From contig OY970244.1 in assembly GCA_963715485.1 (NCBI GenBank), forward strand, positions 1,316,717 through 1,380,716: a DNA stretch of 64,000 nucleotides. Reading direction: 5' to 3'. The DNA is from an uncultured Gammaproteobacteria bacterium. GTDB taxonomy: Bacteria; Pseudomonadota; Gammaproteobacteria; Steroidobacterales; Steroidobacteraceae. Below are positions 28,831 to 39,515 of the stretch, in pieces (the first letter of the stretch is position 1; each line of letters starts with the position of its first letter). A program made the translations under genes and the position numbers. The notes under the pieces are model-generated. The model saw only the letters and a program-made list of their open reading frames with translations, was not told the origin of the DNA and ran no database searches.

Positions 28831-29493
28831 TCAGTCCTGCTCTCCCGTCTCGTCCTCGGGAATGATGACAGCCTCGACCTCGGCGGCCGTGATCCAGCGA
28901 CCCAGGTGTTCGTCTGCCAGGACGGTTTGCTGGTACCCGAGCGCGTCCGGGGACACCTGCAGGCCGTAGGTCAGCAAGCGCAACGCGACCGGTGCGTACA
29001 TCGCATCGGCGGCACTGTAGGCACCAAACAGCCACGGCCCGTAGTCGCCGTAAGCGCGCCGGCACCCGCTCCAGATCGAGTCGATCCTTTCCAGGTCATG
29101 GACCAGCGCCGGGGTGAGGGGTACACGACGATCGCGGGCCCGGGCATTCATCGGACAGCTCGCGCGCAGCGCGGCGAAACCGGCGTGCATCTCGGCCGCA
29201 ATCGCCCGCGCGTGGGCGCGCGCTGGCTCACTTGCCGGCCAGCCCCGACCGCCCGCAAGTTCGGAGGCGTACTCGCAGATCGCCAGCGATTCCCAGATCA
29301 CGATTTCGCCGTGCAGCAGTACCGGGACGCGGCAGCTCGGCGACAATTTCGGAACCTCACGCGCGAACTCGTCGGTATTGAAATGCAGGAGTCGCTCGCT
29401 GAAACCGATTCCCAGGTGCCGGAGCAGGAGCCAGGGACGCAGCGACCAGGAACTGTAGTTGCGCGTGCCGATGACCAGCACCGGTTCAGGCAT
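28831..29493 (-). CDS. glutathione S-transferase family protein
   Basis: LVIGTRNYSSWSLRPWLLLRHLGIGFSE..VPVLLHGEIVIWESLAICEY is a GST N-terminal fold. An AGGAGG RBS precedes the ATG at 29493. Confidence 0.85.
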   Translation of the reverse strand: MPEPVLVIGTRNYSSWSLRPWLLLRHLGIGFSERLLHFNTDEFAREVPKLSPSCRVPVLLHGEIVIWESLAICEYASELAGGRGWPASEPARAHARAIAAEMHAGFAALRASCPMNARARDRRVPLTPALVHDLERIDSIWSGCRRAYGDYGPWLFGAYSAADAMYAPVALRLLTYGLQVSPDALGYQQTVLADEHLGRWITAAEVEAVIIPEDETGEQD

Positions 29494-29602
29494 GGCGGCC
29501 TCCTTGCACAAGGAACACCGACCATATTGCACCGACGGTGTCCGGGCAAGGCCGGCGTTGCCGGGGCGGTTTATGATATGCGCGGCCACGGCGGGACGAG
29601 CG

Positions 29603-30286
29603 ATGAAGCGAGTTGAAGCGATCTGTCTGGACCTGGATGACACGCTCTGGCCGGTCGAGGCGGTCATCGAGCGCGCCGAGGCTGCCATGGTTGACTGGCT
29701 GGCGCGCCACTATCCGCGCGTGGCCGAGAACCACGACGTTCACAGCATGCGCGTCGTGCGGCAACGGATGGCTGAGGAATTCCCGGACATGAGGCACGAC
29801 CTCACGTTCCTGCGGCGCCAGGCGCTTGCATGGCATGCGCGAGAGGCGGGATACGCAAAAGACATGGTCGATGAGGCCTTCGGAATATTCTTTGCCGCGC
29901 GCAATGCAGTGGAACCATTCGAAGACGTGGTGCCGGCCCTTGAGCGGTTGGGCCGCCGATTTCGGCTCATGACCCTGTCTAACGGCAATGCCGACCTGCG
30001 AATGATAGGTCTCGAAGGCTACTTTGAGCGCACTCTGGCGGCACGCGAGGCCGGCGCTGCCAAGCCGGATCCGCGGATATTTGTCGCGCTACTCGACGGC
30101 GTCGGCCTGGAACCCCGCCAGGTGCTCTATGTTGGCGACGACCCGCACGCGGACATCGAAGGCGCCCGGAACGCCGGTATGCACGCGGCCTGGGTGGACC
30201 GGTTCGGGAGGCAGTGGCCGCAGGACGTCGCGCCGCCGGCGATGGCCGTCCGCGACCTGCTGCAACTCGCCGACCTGTTGCTCTGA
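29603..30286 (+). CDS. HAD family hydrolase
   Basis: Motif I is ICLDLDDTLW. LSNGN, KPDPRIF and YVGDDPHADIEGARNAGM are HAD motifs II-IV. Confidence 0.85.
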   Translation: MKRVEAICLDLDDTLWPVEAVIERAEAAMVDWLARHYPRVAENHDVHSMRVVRQRMAEEFPDMRHDLTFLRRQALAWHAREAGYAKDMVDEAFGIFFAARNAVEPFEDVVPALERLGRRFRLMTLSNGNADLRMIGLEGYFERTLAAREAGAAKPDPRIFVALLDGVGLEPRQVLYVGDDPHADIEGARNAGMHAAWVDRFGRQWPQDVAPPAMAVRDLLQLADLLL

Positions 30287-30311
30287 CGACCGCCTGGCAG
30301 GAGGTGAGTGC

Positions 30312-30689
30312 TCAGCGCTCGTCGTCGAGCTTCTTCTTCTGCTCAATCCACTTGGACAGCGCGCGCAGGTCTTTCTTCTTCTTCCACTGCTTCTTCAGCA
30401 GCATTCCGCTGTCGTATGGGTCATAGCCTTTCCTCAGGCCGCCGGCGTTCGGCTGGACGCGCCTGACGGTTCCTTTCGAATCGTCCTGGCTGAGCGCGAG
30501 TGTCTCGTCATTGAGCAGGCGCTTGAGGGTCTCCTCGCTGCCGAGGCCGCCATAGGGAACCCAGACGGCATTGCCCAGTTCGTCATACTCGATGCGCCCG
30601 TGCCCCTGGCGCTCGGCTTCCTCGAGTTTATGGAACTCGGCCATCCTTTCCGCGGTCTTGAACTTACTGGTATCGCTCATGACTTCCAC
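30312..30689 (-). CDS. hypothetical protein with lysine-rich C-terminus
   Basis: A 125-aa ORF with coding-like composition. No family recognised. An alternative start exists at 30680. Confidence 0.55.
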   Translation of the reverse strand: MEVMSDTSKFKTAERMAEFHKLEEAERQGHGRIEYDELGNAVWVPYGGLGSEETLKRLLNDETLALSQDDSKGTVRRVQPNAGGLRKGYDPYDSGMLLKKQWKKKKDLRALSKWIEQKKKLDDER

Positions 30690-30782
30690 ACACCCTGTGC
30701 CAGTCCAAGCTGCACGTTGTAACAGAATACGATCGCTCGGCGTTGAAAAGTGTGACGGGTTTCCCGATCTGTGTTCCTGGGT

Positions 30783-30806
30783 GGCCCGGCCCGGCCCGGC
30801 CCGGCC
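30783..30806. repeat. pentanucleotide simple repeat (GGCCC)x4 plus a partial unit
   Basis: Read directly as GGCCCGGCCCGGCCCGGCCCGGCC. It is intergenic, between the NUDIX stop and the start of the 30312..30689 gene. Confidence 0.9.
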
Positions 30807-30838
30807 AGGTCACGGCGCAACACCCGCAGCGCGGCCGT

Positions 30839-31375
30839 TCACCCCCCGGGCAGAGGTCCGAGGTACGGGCTGGCCCTGAACAGGCCGGCAATCGTCTTTG
30901 CGTCGACGATCTCACCTTCGAGTGCCCGGCGCAGCGCGTCGGCCATGGGAATCCAGAAGACTTCAAAGTCCTCGCCGTACTCGCGCGACGCCGCCACCGG
31001 CGCCAGGTCCCGTGCCAGGAACAGGTGGACGACCTCGGTAAGCACCCCGGGCGAACTGATTATCGAGCCGAGACTTTCCCATTCCCTCGCGGTGACGCCT
31101 GCCTCCTCGGCCAGCTCGCGCTCCGCGGTCACACGCGGCTCCTCGAGCTGTTCCAGCTTGCCGGCTGGCAGTTCCCATAGCCAGTCCCCCGCGGCGTGAC
31201 GGTATTGTCGCAGCAGGCACACACGGTACCTGGCATCGACGACCACGATTGCGGCACCGCCGGGATGCCGGACGATCTCGAGCTGCACCAGCTCGCCGTT
31301 CGGTAACTCAACCTGTTCCAGGTCGAGGTCGACGATGCGACCGGAGTAGATCTTCCTCGATTGCTTGACGCTCAC
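30839..31375 (-). CDS. NUDIX hydrolase (ADP-ribose pyrophosphatase-like)
   Basis: Nudix box GKLEQLEEPRVTAERELAEEAGV. The N-terminal YSGRIVDLDLEQVELPNGELVQLEIVRHPGGAAIV is typical of NudF-type enzymes. I chose the GTG at 31375; the track ORF extends to 31726. Confidence 0.82.
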   Translation of the reverse strand: MSVKQSRKIYSGRIVDLDLEQVELPNGELVQLEIVRHPGGAAIVVVDARYRVCLLRQYRHAAGDWLWELPAGKLEQLEEPRVTAERELAEEAGVTAREWESLGSIISSPGVLTEVVHLFLARDLAPVAASREYGEDFEVFWIPMADALRRALEGEIVDAKTIAGLFRASPYLGPLPGG

Positions 31376-31534
31376 TGCGTCAGTCCTGGGCAAATACGAT
31401 CCATATTCGGTCTTGCTCCTACGGGGTAACGACCACGAATCCTGGTCTCTGCAGCTAGAATACGGCTCCGCGGGTGCTGGCGGCGAGGGCGTGTCCAGCG
31501 GAACTCGCCACCGGCCCCACGCTGGATCGAAACC

Positions 31535-32108
31535 ATGCAACTGCCGTGGCTGCTGCTGATCTCGGGTCCGCCCTGTAGCGGCAAGAGTGCGCTCGCCGCC
31601 AGGGTTTCGCGGGACACCGGGTGGCCGATCGTTGCCAAGGACACCTACAAGGAAATCTTGTTCGAGGTGCTCGGGAGCCGGCGACCCAGCCTGGTCCCGT
31701 CGCCTCAGCCGGGCGGCGTTCGCCATTCAGTTCGGGGTCGCGGACTCTCTGCTGTCGGCCGGCGCCAGCCTGTTGCTCGAGGGAAATTTCAATGCGGGGG
31801 AGCATGCGGAGCAGATTGCGTCCATGGTCGCCGGCCGTGCCCGGGTCTTGCAGTTGGCGTGCAGCGCCGAAGACGCATTGCTTGCAGCCAGGTGGCGCGC
31901 GCGGGCGAGATTGGGGCTCAGGCATCCGGGGCACCTCGATTCCGGGAACGAGCGGGTCGCCCGTGATACGGCGCGATACGCGCCGCTGCCGGGGCTGCCG
32001 ACGCTCTGCCACGACAGCGGCGCTCCCGCTGAGTCGGGATACGCCGCGCTGCTAGGTGGATTGGCCGCGGCAGGCGTAGCGGTCGAGCCGCCCCGGGATC
32101 GCGGCTGA
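31535..32108 (+). pseudogene. P-loop (AAA-type) kinase-like protein, interrupted by a 1-nt frameshift near 31673-31675
   Basis: ORF 31535.. begins LLISGPPCSGKSALAARVSRDTGWPIVAKDTYKEILFEVLG (Walker A) and then degenerates. The frame of ORF 31587..32108 continues plausibly (AGDPAWSRRLSRAAFAIQFGVADSLLSAGASLLLEGNF). Length is 3n+1. Confidence 0.7.
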
Positions 32109-32119
32109 GTCGACCGGGC

Positions 32120-32713
32120 TCAGCGGGCCTGCCCGTGATAGAGGTCGTTGGGCATCATGTCGGTCGCGGTCGCGAGCCGGTTGGTGAAATTGAAGAAAGC
32201 CGCGACTTCGGCGATGTCCCAGATCGCCTTCTCGCTGAAGCCCGCCTCGCGCAGCGCCTGGCGATCAGCCTCGCTGACGTCGCGTTGCGCCACGGTCAGT
32301 TTGTGCGCAAAGTCGAGCATGGCGCGATGTGGCGGCGAGAGTTCCGCCGCGCGGTAGTTCATCACCAGTAGTTCCCCGAGCGCCGGGTCGCCCGACAGTT
32401 GCCGCACTGCGGCTCCGTGGGCCACGAGGCAGTAGTAGCAATGGTTGGCGGAGGACACCACCACCGCGATCATCTCGCGCTCGAGCCTGGACAGCGGCGA
32501 TTCGCCCAGCATCAGCTCGTTGTAGAAATTCGCCATGTTGCGCAGCTTCGGGCCGTGGGCGCTGTAGGCCAGCAGCACGTTTGGAACATGGTCGATCTTG
32601 TCCTCACAGACCGCGAAATAACGCTGCATGTCGGGATCGAGCTGCTTGCGCGGGGGCGTCCTGATCTTGAGCGCGGTGATGTAGCGTGGCTGGGCGGTCT
32701 TCTTGCGTGGCAT
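32120..32713 (-). CDS. peroxidase-related enzyme, AhpD/carboxymuconolactone decarboxylase family
   Basis: REMIAVVVSSANHCYYCLVAHGAAVRQL contains the CxxC-type AhpD-like motif. Only the last 197 aa of track ORF 32120..33562 are credible. Confidence 0.85.
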   Translation of the reverse strand: MPRKKTAQPRYITALKIRTPPRKQLDPDMQRYFAVCEDKIDHVPNVLLAYSAHGPKLRNMANFYNELMLGESPLSRLEREMIAVVVSSANHCYYCLVAHGAAVRQLSGDPALGELLVMNYRAAELSPPHRAMLDFAHKLTVAQRDVSEADRQALREAGFSEKAIWDIAEVAAFFNFTNRLATATDMMPNDLYHGQAR

Positions 32714-32839
32714 GGAATCGCTCCGGTCGCCGGGTTGGCCCGGCCTGTGGCGGCCGAGGCGCATGGTAGCCGATCGATGATCCGGCGGGCCGGCTCGACT
32801 CACTGGATGGATATACAGTCGACGCGCTAGACTGGAGCC

Positions 32840-34912
32840 ATGTCGGCTGCTCCCCAGCAAACCCTGAATCCCGCGCAGTACAGGGCCGCGAGCTACGGTC
32901 GTCGCGACCCAACGGGCCGATTCGCGGCGGGTCCGCTGCTGGTCATCGCTGGCGCCGGAACGGGCAAGACCAACACGCTGGCCCATCGAGTTGCGCACCT
33001 CGTGCTCGAGGGCGTCGACCCTGCACGCATCCTGCTTCTGACATTCACGCGGCGCGCATCCCAGGAAATGATCGGGCGGGCCGAGCGCATTGTCGCCGAG
33101 GCCTTGTCGGGGAGACGTGCCGGGAACCCGATGCCAGCGGTGCGGCTGCCCTGGGCCGGCACGTTTCACTCGATCGCAAACCGCGTCCTGCGCCAGTATC
33201 ACTTGTCTGTGGGACTCGATGCCGCATTCAGTGTGATGGATCGCGGTGACTCGGCGGATGTCATCGACGTGCTCAGGCATCAGCTCGGACTGTCCGCCCA
33301 GCAGCGCCGTTTCCCGCGCAAGGACACCTGCCTGGCGATCTACTCGCACCGCGTCAACACACGCTGGGAGCTCGGTCGGGTCCTGGAGGAGGTTTTTCCC
33401 TGGTGTGCCGGTTGGGAGGACGAACTGAAGGGCCTCTTCCGCGCGTATGTGGAACGCAAACAAGCCAACGGCGTGCTCGACTACGACGACCTGCTGTTGT
33501 ACTGGCATGCAATGGTCGAGGACCCGCGACTGGCTCGTCGACTGGGCGATAGCTTCGATCACGTACTGGTGGACGAGTACCAGGACACCAATACGCTGCA
33601 GGCGGAAATCCTGCTGAACTTGAAGCCGGATGGATCCGGGCTGACGGTCGTCGGCGACGATGCCCAGGCCATCTATTCCTTCCGGGCGGCAACGGTGGAC
33701 AACATCCTGCAGTTTCCACAGCGCTTCAATCCGCCGGCGGAAATCGTCTCGCTCGAGGAAAACTACCGTTCGGGTCAGCCGGTCCTTGACGCTGCCAACG
33801 CGCTTATCGCCGAGGGGCGGCGCCAGTACCGGAAAACCCTGCGCGCAAGCCGGCCGGGCGGTGCGCGGCCGCGACTGGTGACGCTGCTGGACGATCGGGC
33901 GCAGTCGCTATACGTCGTCGAACGCGTACTCGAGAGCCGCGAGGCCGGGATGCTGCTCCGCCGGCAGGCGGTGCTGTTCCGCAGCTCGCATCACAGCGAC
34001 GCGCTGGAGATCGAGCTGATGCGCAGGAACGTCCCCTTTGTGAAGTACGGCGGACTGAAGTTCCTGGAGGCAGCCCACGTCAAGGACCTGCTCGCCGTGC
34101 TGCGCTGGGCGGACAATCCCAGGAATGGCATTGCTGCGTTCCGGGTGCTGCAGCTGATGCCGGGGATGGGCCCTGCCAATGCGGAGCGTTGTGTGACCAC
34201 GCTCGCGGCGGCCGGTTTCTCGCTGGCGGCGCTGGCAGCCTTCACTCCGCCGCCGGCTGCCCGCGAACAATGGCCGGCCTTCGCCGGCATGTTGGCGCGA
34301 CTGGCTGCGCCGGACGTCGCCTGGCCGGGACAGGTCGAAGAGGTGCGGCGCTGGTATCAGCCGCTACTGGAGAAGCTCTACGAGGCGCCGGGCGTGCGTG
34401 CGGCCGATCTGGACATGCTCGAGCAGGTGTCGGGCCAGTTCGGCAGCCGCGAACGCTTCCTGAGCGAGCTGACGCTCGATCCGCCACAGGCGACCGGTGA
34501 CCTGTCGGGCCCGCCGCTTCGGGACGAGGACTACCTGGTCCTGTCCACGGTGCACTCGGCCAAGGGCCAGGAATGGGACGCCGTCTACGTGCTCAACGTG
34601 GCGGATGGAAACTTCCCTTCGGAATTCGCGGGCGGCAAGGAAGACCTGATCGAGGAGGAACGCCGCCTGCTCTACGTCGCGATGACGCGTTCGCGCGACC
34701 AGCTCGACCTTCTCGAGCCGCAGCGCTACTACGTCACGCAGCAATCGCGTCGCGGCGATGCCCACGTCTATGGCGCGCGAAGCCGCTTCCTGACGCGAGG
34801 CGTGCTCGCAACACTGGAGCAGAAGGGATGGGGCGATGCTACGGCGGCCGAAGACGCGGTAGCGGACGCACCGCGAGTGGATGTCGGCAACCGTCTGCGC
34901 GACATGTGGTGA
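32840..34912 (+). CDS. UvrD/Rep/PcrA family ATP-dependent DNA helicase
   Basis: Walker A AGAGTGKTNTLAHRV, VDEYQDTNTLQAEIL, TVHSAKGQEWDAVYV and LLYVAMTRSRDQL are SF1 helicase motifs. Confidence 0.9.
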   Translation: MSAAPQQTLNPAQYRAASYGRRDPTGRFAAGPLLVIAGAGTGKTNTLAHRVAHLVLEGVDPARILLLTFTRRASQEMIGRAERIVAEALSGRRAGNPMPAVRLPWAGTFHSIANRVLRQYHLSVGLDAAFSVMDRGDSADVIDVLRHQLGLSAQQRRFPRKDTCLAIYSHRVNTRWELGRVLEEVFPWCAGWEDELKGLFRAYVERKQANGVLDYDDLLLYWHAMVEDPRLARRLGDSFDHVLVDEYQDTNTLQAEILLNLKPDGSGLTVVGDDAQAIYSFRAATVDNILQFPQRFNPPAEIVSLEENYRSGQPVLDAANALIAEGRRQYRKTLRASRPGGARPRLVTLLDDRAQSLYVVERVLESREAGMLLRRQAVLFRSSHHSDALEIELMRRNVPFVKYGGLKFLEAAHVKDLLAVLRWADNPRNGIAAFRVLQLMPGMGPANAERCVTTLAAAGFSLAALAAFTPPPAAREQWPAFAGMLARLAAPDVAWPGQVEEVRRWYQPLLEKLYEAPGVRAADLDMLEQVSGQFGSRERFLSELTLDPPQATGDLSGPPLRDEDYLVLSTVHSAKGQEWDAVYVLNVADGNFPSEFAGGKEDLIEEERRLLYVAMTRSRDQLDLLEPQRYYVTQQSRRGDAHVYGARSRFLTRGVLATLEQKGWGDATAAEDAVADAPRVDVGNRLRDMW

Positions 34913-35820
34913 ATCGCGGCCACCACGGCAAACCGCAGGCGGCCGCAGTTGTTCGCGTTCAGTCTGGCTGGCTTCTCGAATCGCAGCGTCATCCGGTCGC
35001 TTTCACCGATCGCCAGGTACTTGTCCCGGTCGATGTCTCCGAGTCGCAGGGTTGGTGGCAGGGTCCAGACGCCCTGGCCGTAGTCCTTGGTGTCGGCGGG
35101 ATTGGCGTTGATCTCGCTGCGGCTGACCAGCCGGAAGCCGATGGCCTCGATCAATTCGATCGCGTAGTCCTCGCGAACATATCCGGAGCGTGCCTTGGGA
35201 TCCTGCGGGTTATCCGTCGCTGCACGGTGCTCAACCACGCCGAGTGTCCCGCCGGGCTTCAATGCCGCGTACATTGCCTCGAGCATTGGCCCGGCTGCAT
35301 CGCGGGGCATCCAGTTGTGGATGTTGCGGAATGTCAGGACCATGTCCACCGTCCCCGGCGGCACGGCATCCATGGCGGTAGGGTAATGCAACGCGACAAC
35401 CTCGACCCTGTCGTAAATGTCCGGTCTTGCGTCGAGCTTTGCCCGGTACGCCTTCAGGCTGTCTTGCACGAACTGGTTTTCGGATTCGGGATCCCAGCTC
35501 GCGGCGATCAAGCGGCCGCGATCACGAAGCACCGGGGCAAGGATCTCTGTGTACCAGCCGCCGGCGCCGGGCCAGATTTCCATCACGGTCATGTCGCGCT
35601 CGAGGCCAAAAAAGGCCAGGGTCTCCCTGGGATGGCGCCAGGTGTCACGAGCGGCGTTGGCGGGCAAGCGGTGATCGCCGGCAATGGCTGCGTCGAGCAG
35701 CGCGGCCGTCGTGGTATCTGTTTCCGGCAGCGCTGGAACTGCCGGCTCCGACGCGCATCCGGTGACCAGCATGGTCGCCAGCAGGGCGGTGATCGCTGAT
35801 GTCGAAATCGGGGAATTCAT
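34768..35820 (-). CDS. class I SAM-dependent methyltransferase lipoprotein (3' end doubtful; the probable true stop is near 34959)
   Basis: Lipobox LVTGC, then VMEIWPGAGGWYTEILAP and ALKPGGTLGVVEH. After ..SDRMTLRFEKPA the translation becomes low-quality and overlaps the helicase by 145 nt. A GGAGG RBS precedes the ATG at 35820. Confidence 0.72.
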   Translation of the reverse strand: MNSPISTSAITALLATMLVTGCASEPAVPALPETDTTTAALLDAAIAGDHRLPANAARDTWRHPRETLAFFGLERDMTVMEIWPGAGGWYTEILAPVLRDRGRLIAASWDPESENQFVQDSLKAYRAKLDARPDIYDRVEVVALHYPTAMDAVPPGTVDMVLTFRNIHNWMPRDAAGPMLEAMYAALKPGGTLGVVEHRAATDNPQDPKARSGYVREDYAIELIEAIGFRLVSRSEINANPADTKDYGQGVWTLPPTLRLGDIDRDKYLAIGESDRMTLRFEKPARLNANNCGRLRFAVVAAIHHMSRRRLPTSTRGASATASSAAVASPHPFCSSVASTPRVRKRLRAP

Positions 35821-35926
35821 TGGTTTCGCCTCCATGGCTTGTGGGCGTCGAACCGTCTTTGGCATGACCGCTACGATACTGGAGCAGGCCGGTCGGCAGC
35901 CAGCGGGGCCGACCCGCAGCAGTTGC

Positions 35927-36331
35927 TCAGCGCGGAAGTTCGGCCACTGCCGCCAGCTCGATCAGCGCATCCGGAAAGAACAGCCGGCGAACTTCCACGG
36001 CGGTCGCCGCCGGCGGCGCAGCGCCCGCGCGCTCATAGAACTCATCCCGCACCCACGCGGCGCGCCCGAGCCCTACGATGTCGGTGGTGTAGGCCGTTTC
36101 GCATACGACATGGGCCAGCGAACATCCGCCGGCCGCCAGCGCCTGCTCGAGACGGGTGTAAACGCGGCGTATCTGGGCCTCCATGTCGCCGGCGCCGATG
36201 ACCTGCATGTCGTCATCAATCGAGGTCAGACCCGAAAGGAACAGCGTACCGTTGGAGCGCACGGCAGCGCTCAGGTTGAATCGCTCCTCGATGTCGCGAT
36301 TCACGCGGACAACCTGGTCCCAGCGCGCCAT
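35927..36331 (-). CDS. RidA/YjgF family protein
   Basis: A 134-aa protein with GTLFLSGLTS..MEAQIRRVYTRLEQALAAGGCSLAHVV and a C-terminal ..IELAAVA, typical of the RidA fold. Confidence 0.82.
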   Translation of the reverse strand: MARWDQVVRVNRDIEERFNLSAAVRSNGTLFLSGLTSIDDDMQVIGAGDMEAQIRRVYTRLEQALAAGGCSLAHVVCETAYTTDIVGLGRAAWVRDEFYERAGAAPPAATAVEVRRLFFPDALIELAAVAELPR

Positions 36332-36449
36332 GCTTCCTCCCGCTGTCAGCCTCCGATTCTAGTCCCGGAGCTGCCGGGCGCCAAAAAAGGCGACCCGGCC
36401 GCAGCGCGGGGGACGGGGCGCGCTCGTCCGATCGACCGGAGGCGATGGC

Positions 36450-37355
36450 TCAGTGCGCGCCACCACCCTGCGGCTCGACCATCTTCTTGAAGTAGGTCCA
36501 GCTGGTCTCGTTGGGACGCGGGTCGTCGCCCGGCGGCGGCTCGCGATAATCGGGGTAGTTCGCTGCGATTTCGCCCTTCATGAGGTCGGACAGCTCGTCC
36601 CAGCTGTCGAGCTTGATGCCCGCAGTGTGAAAGTAGACGCTGCCCTCGCGGCCGCTCATCTGCATCCAGGGCAGCCAGCTGGAGATGCGGACCCAGCCCA
36701 CCCGCGCCTGGGCGCTGGGCTTCCTGGGGTCGAGCAGGTCGTCCACGTCGCCCATGAAGTTGAACATCTCGGTCGCGTGGTAGAAACCACCAACGTACTT
36801 CTGGTAATCGCCCGCCAGCGGATTCGTATAGAACAGTGGCACGGTTATAGTCTGCCACCAGCGGTTGCCCTGGATGGAACCGCCCCAGGTTACCGGCTTG
36901 CCATCACGCCCGACTGGCCAGGCGGTGCTGTTCACCGGGTCGTTGGCCACGTGCAGGACGTCGACTTCCTCGCCGGACCAGGGGTTGGTCCACTTGCGCG
37001 CGACCTCGCCGGTCTTCGGGTCGATGTACAGCAGGATCTCGCGCGACACGAGCTTGTAGCCGGTGCCTTTCGTAGGGTCCGTCACGGTGACGCAGCGGCG
37101 GGTGTTCATTCCCTCCACCTTGAACAGCAGCCGGTCGCGCTCGCCTTCCATCCGGCTATACATGTCACCGTGCCACCAGTAGGTGACCGGCTTGCCGTCC
37201 TCCAGCGAACACTGCACCTTGCGTTGCGCCATCAGGACGCCCTGTGGATCCTCCAGGCTGATCCGCGCGGGAGCTGGCTTGGCGGCCAGCACAGCCGGTG
37301 CGGTCAGCGCCAGCATGGCTGCCGCGACGATATGAAAGCGCGTGTTGCTCATCAT
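36450..37355 (-). CDS. DUF1838 family protein (secreted)
   Basis: Signal peptide, then GKPVTYWWHGDMYSRMEGERDRLLFKVEGMNTRRC..YKLVSREILLYIDPKTGEV, characteristic of DUF1838. A GAGGAG RBS precedes the ATG at 37355. Confidence 0.8.
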   Translation of the reverse strand: MMSNTRFHIVAAAMLALTAPAVLAAKPAPARISLEDPQGVLMAQRKVQCSLEDGKPVTYWWHGDMYSRMEGERDRLLFKVEGMNTRRCVTVTDPTKGTGYKLVSREILLYIDPKTGEVARKWTNPWSGEEVDVLHVANDPVNSTAWPVGRDGKPVTWGGSIQGNRWWQTITVPLFYTNPLAGDYQKYVGGFYHATEMFNFMGDVDDLLDPRKPSAQARVGWVRISSWLPWMQMSGREGSVYFHTAGIKLDSWDELSDLMKGEIAANYPDYREPPPGDDPRPNETSWTYFKKMVEPQGGGAH

Positions 37356-37460
37356 CTGCTCACTCCTCATCGGATCAAGTCGGGTCAAATTACCGCCAAT
37401 TCCTGTCTCCCCGTTCGACCAGTGGCTGCCCGTTCCAGTGGGCGGCGCCGCGGGCGCGGC

Positions 37461-39419
<1,959 letters not shown>

Positions 39420-39515
39420 ATGCGTGATCCCCTTAGCACCGAAGCGCCGTTACCGGCGGCGCGGAATCGTTCGGCGCGGACGATACCAGATCGATGCGCC
39501 ATTTTAATCGCGGGC

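Noticed and set aside
30783-30806. GGCCC repeat considered as a CRISPR-like or minisatellite array.
   Set aside because: It has only about 5 units of 5 nt and no spacers, so it is a simple microsatellite. No CRISPR array exists in the window.
32714-33562. Extension of the AhpD-like ORF to 480 aa.
   Set aside because: The upstream 283 aa are antisense to the helicase gene and are not protein-like. A clean start (MPRKKT) at 32713 gives the expected family size of about 197 aa.
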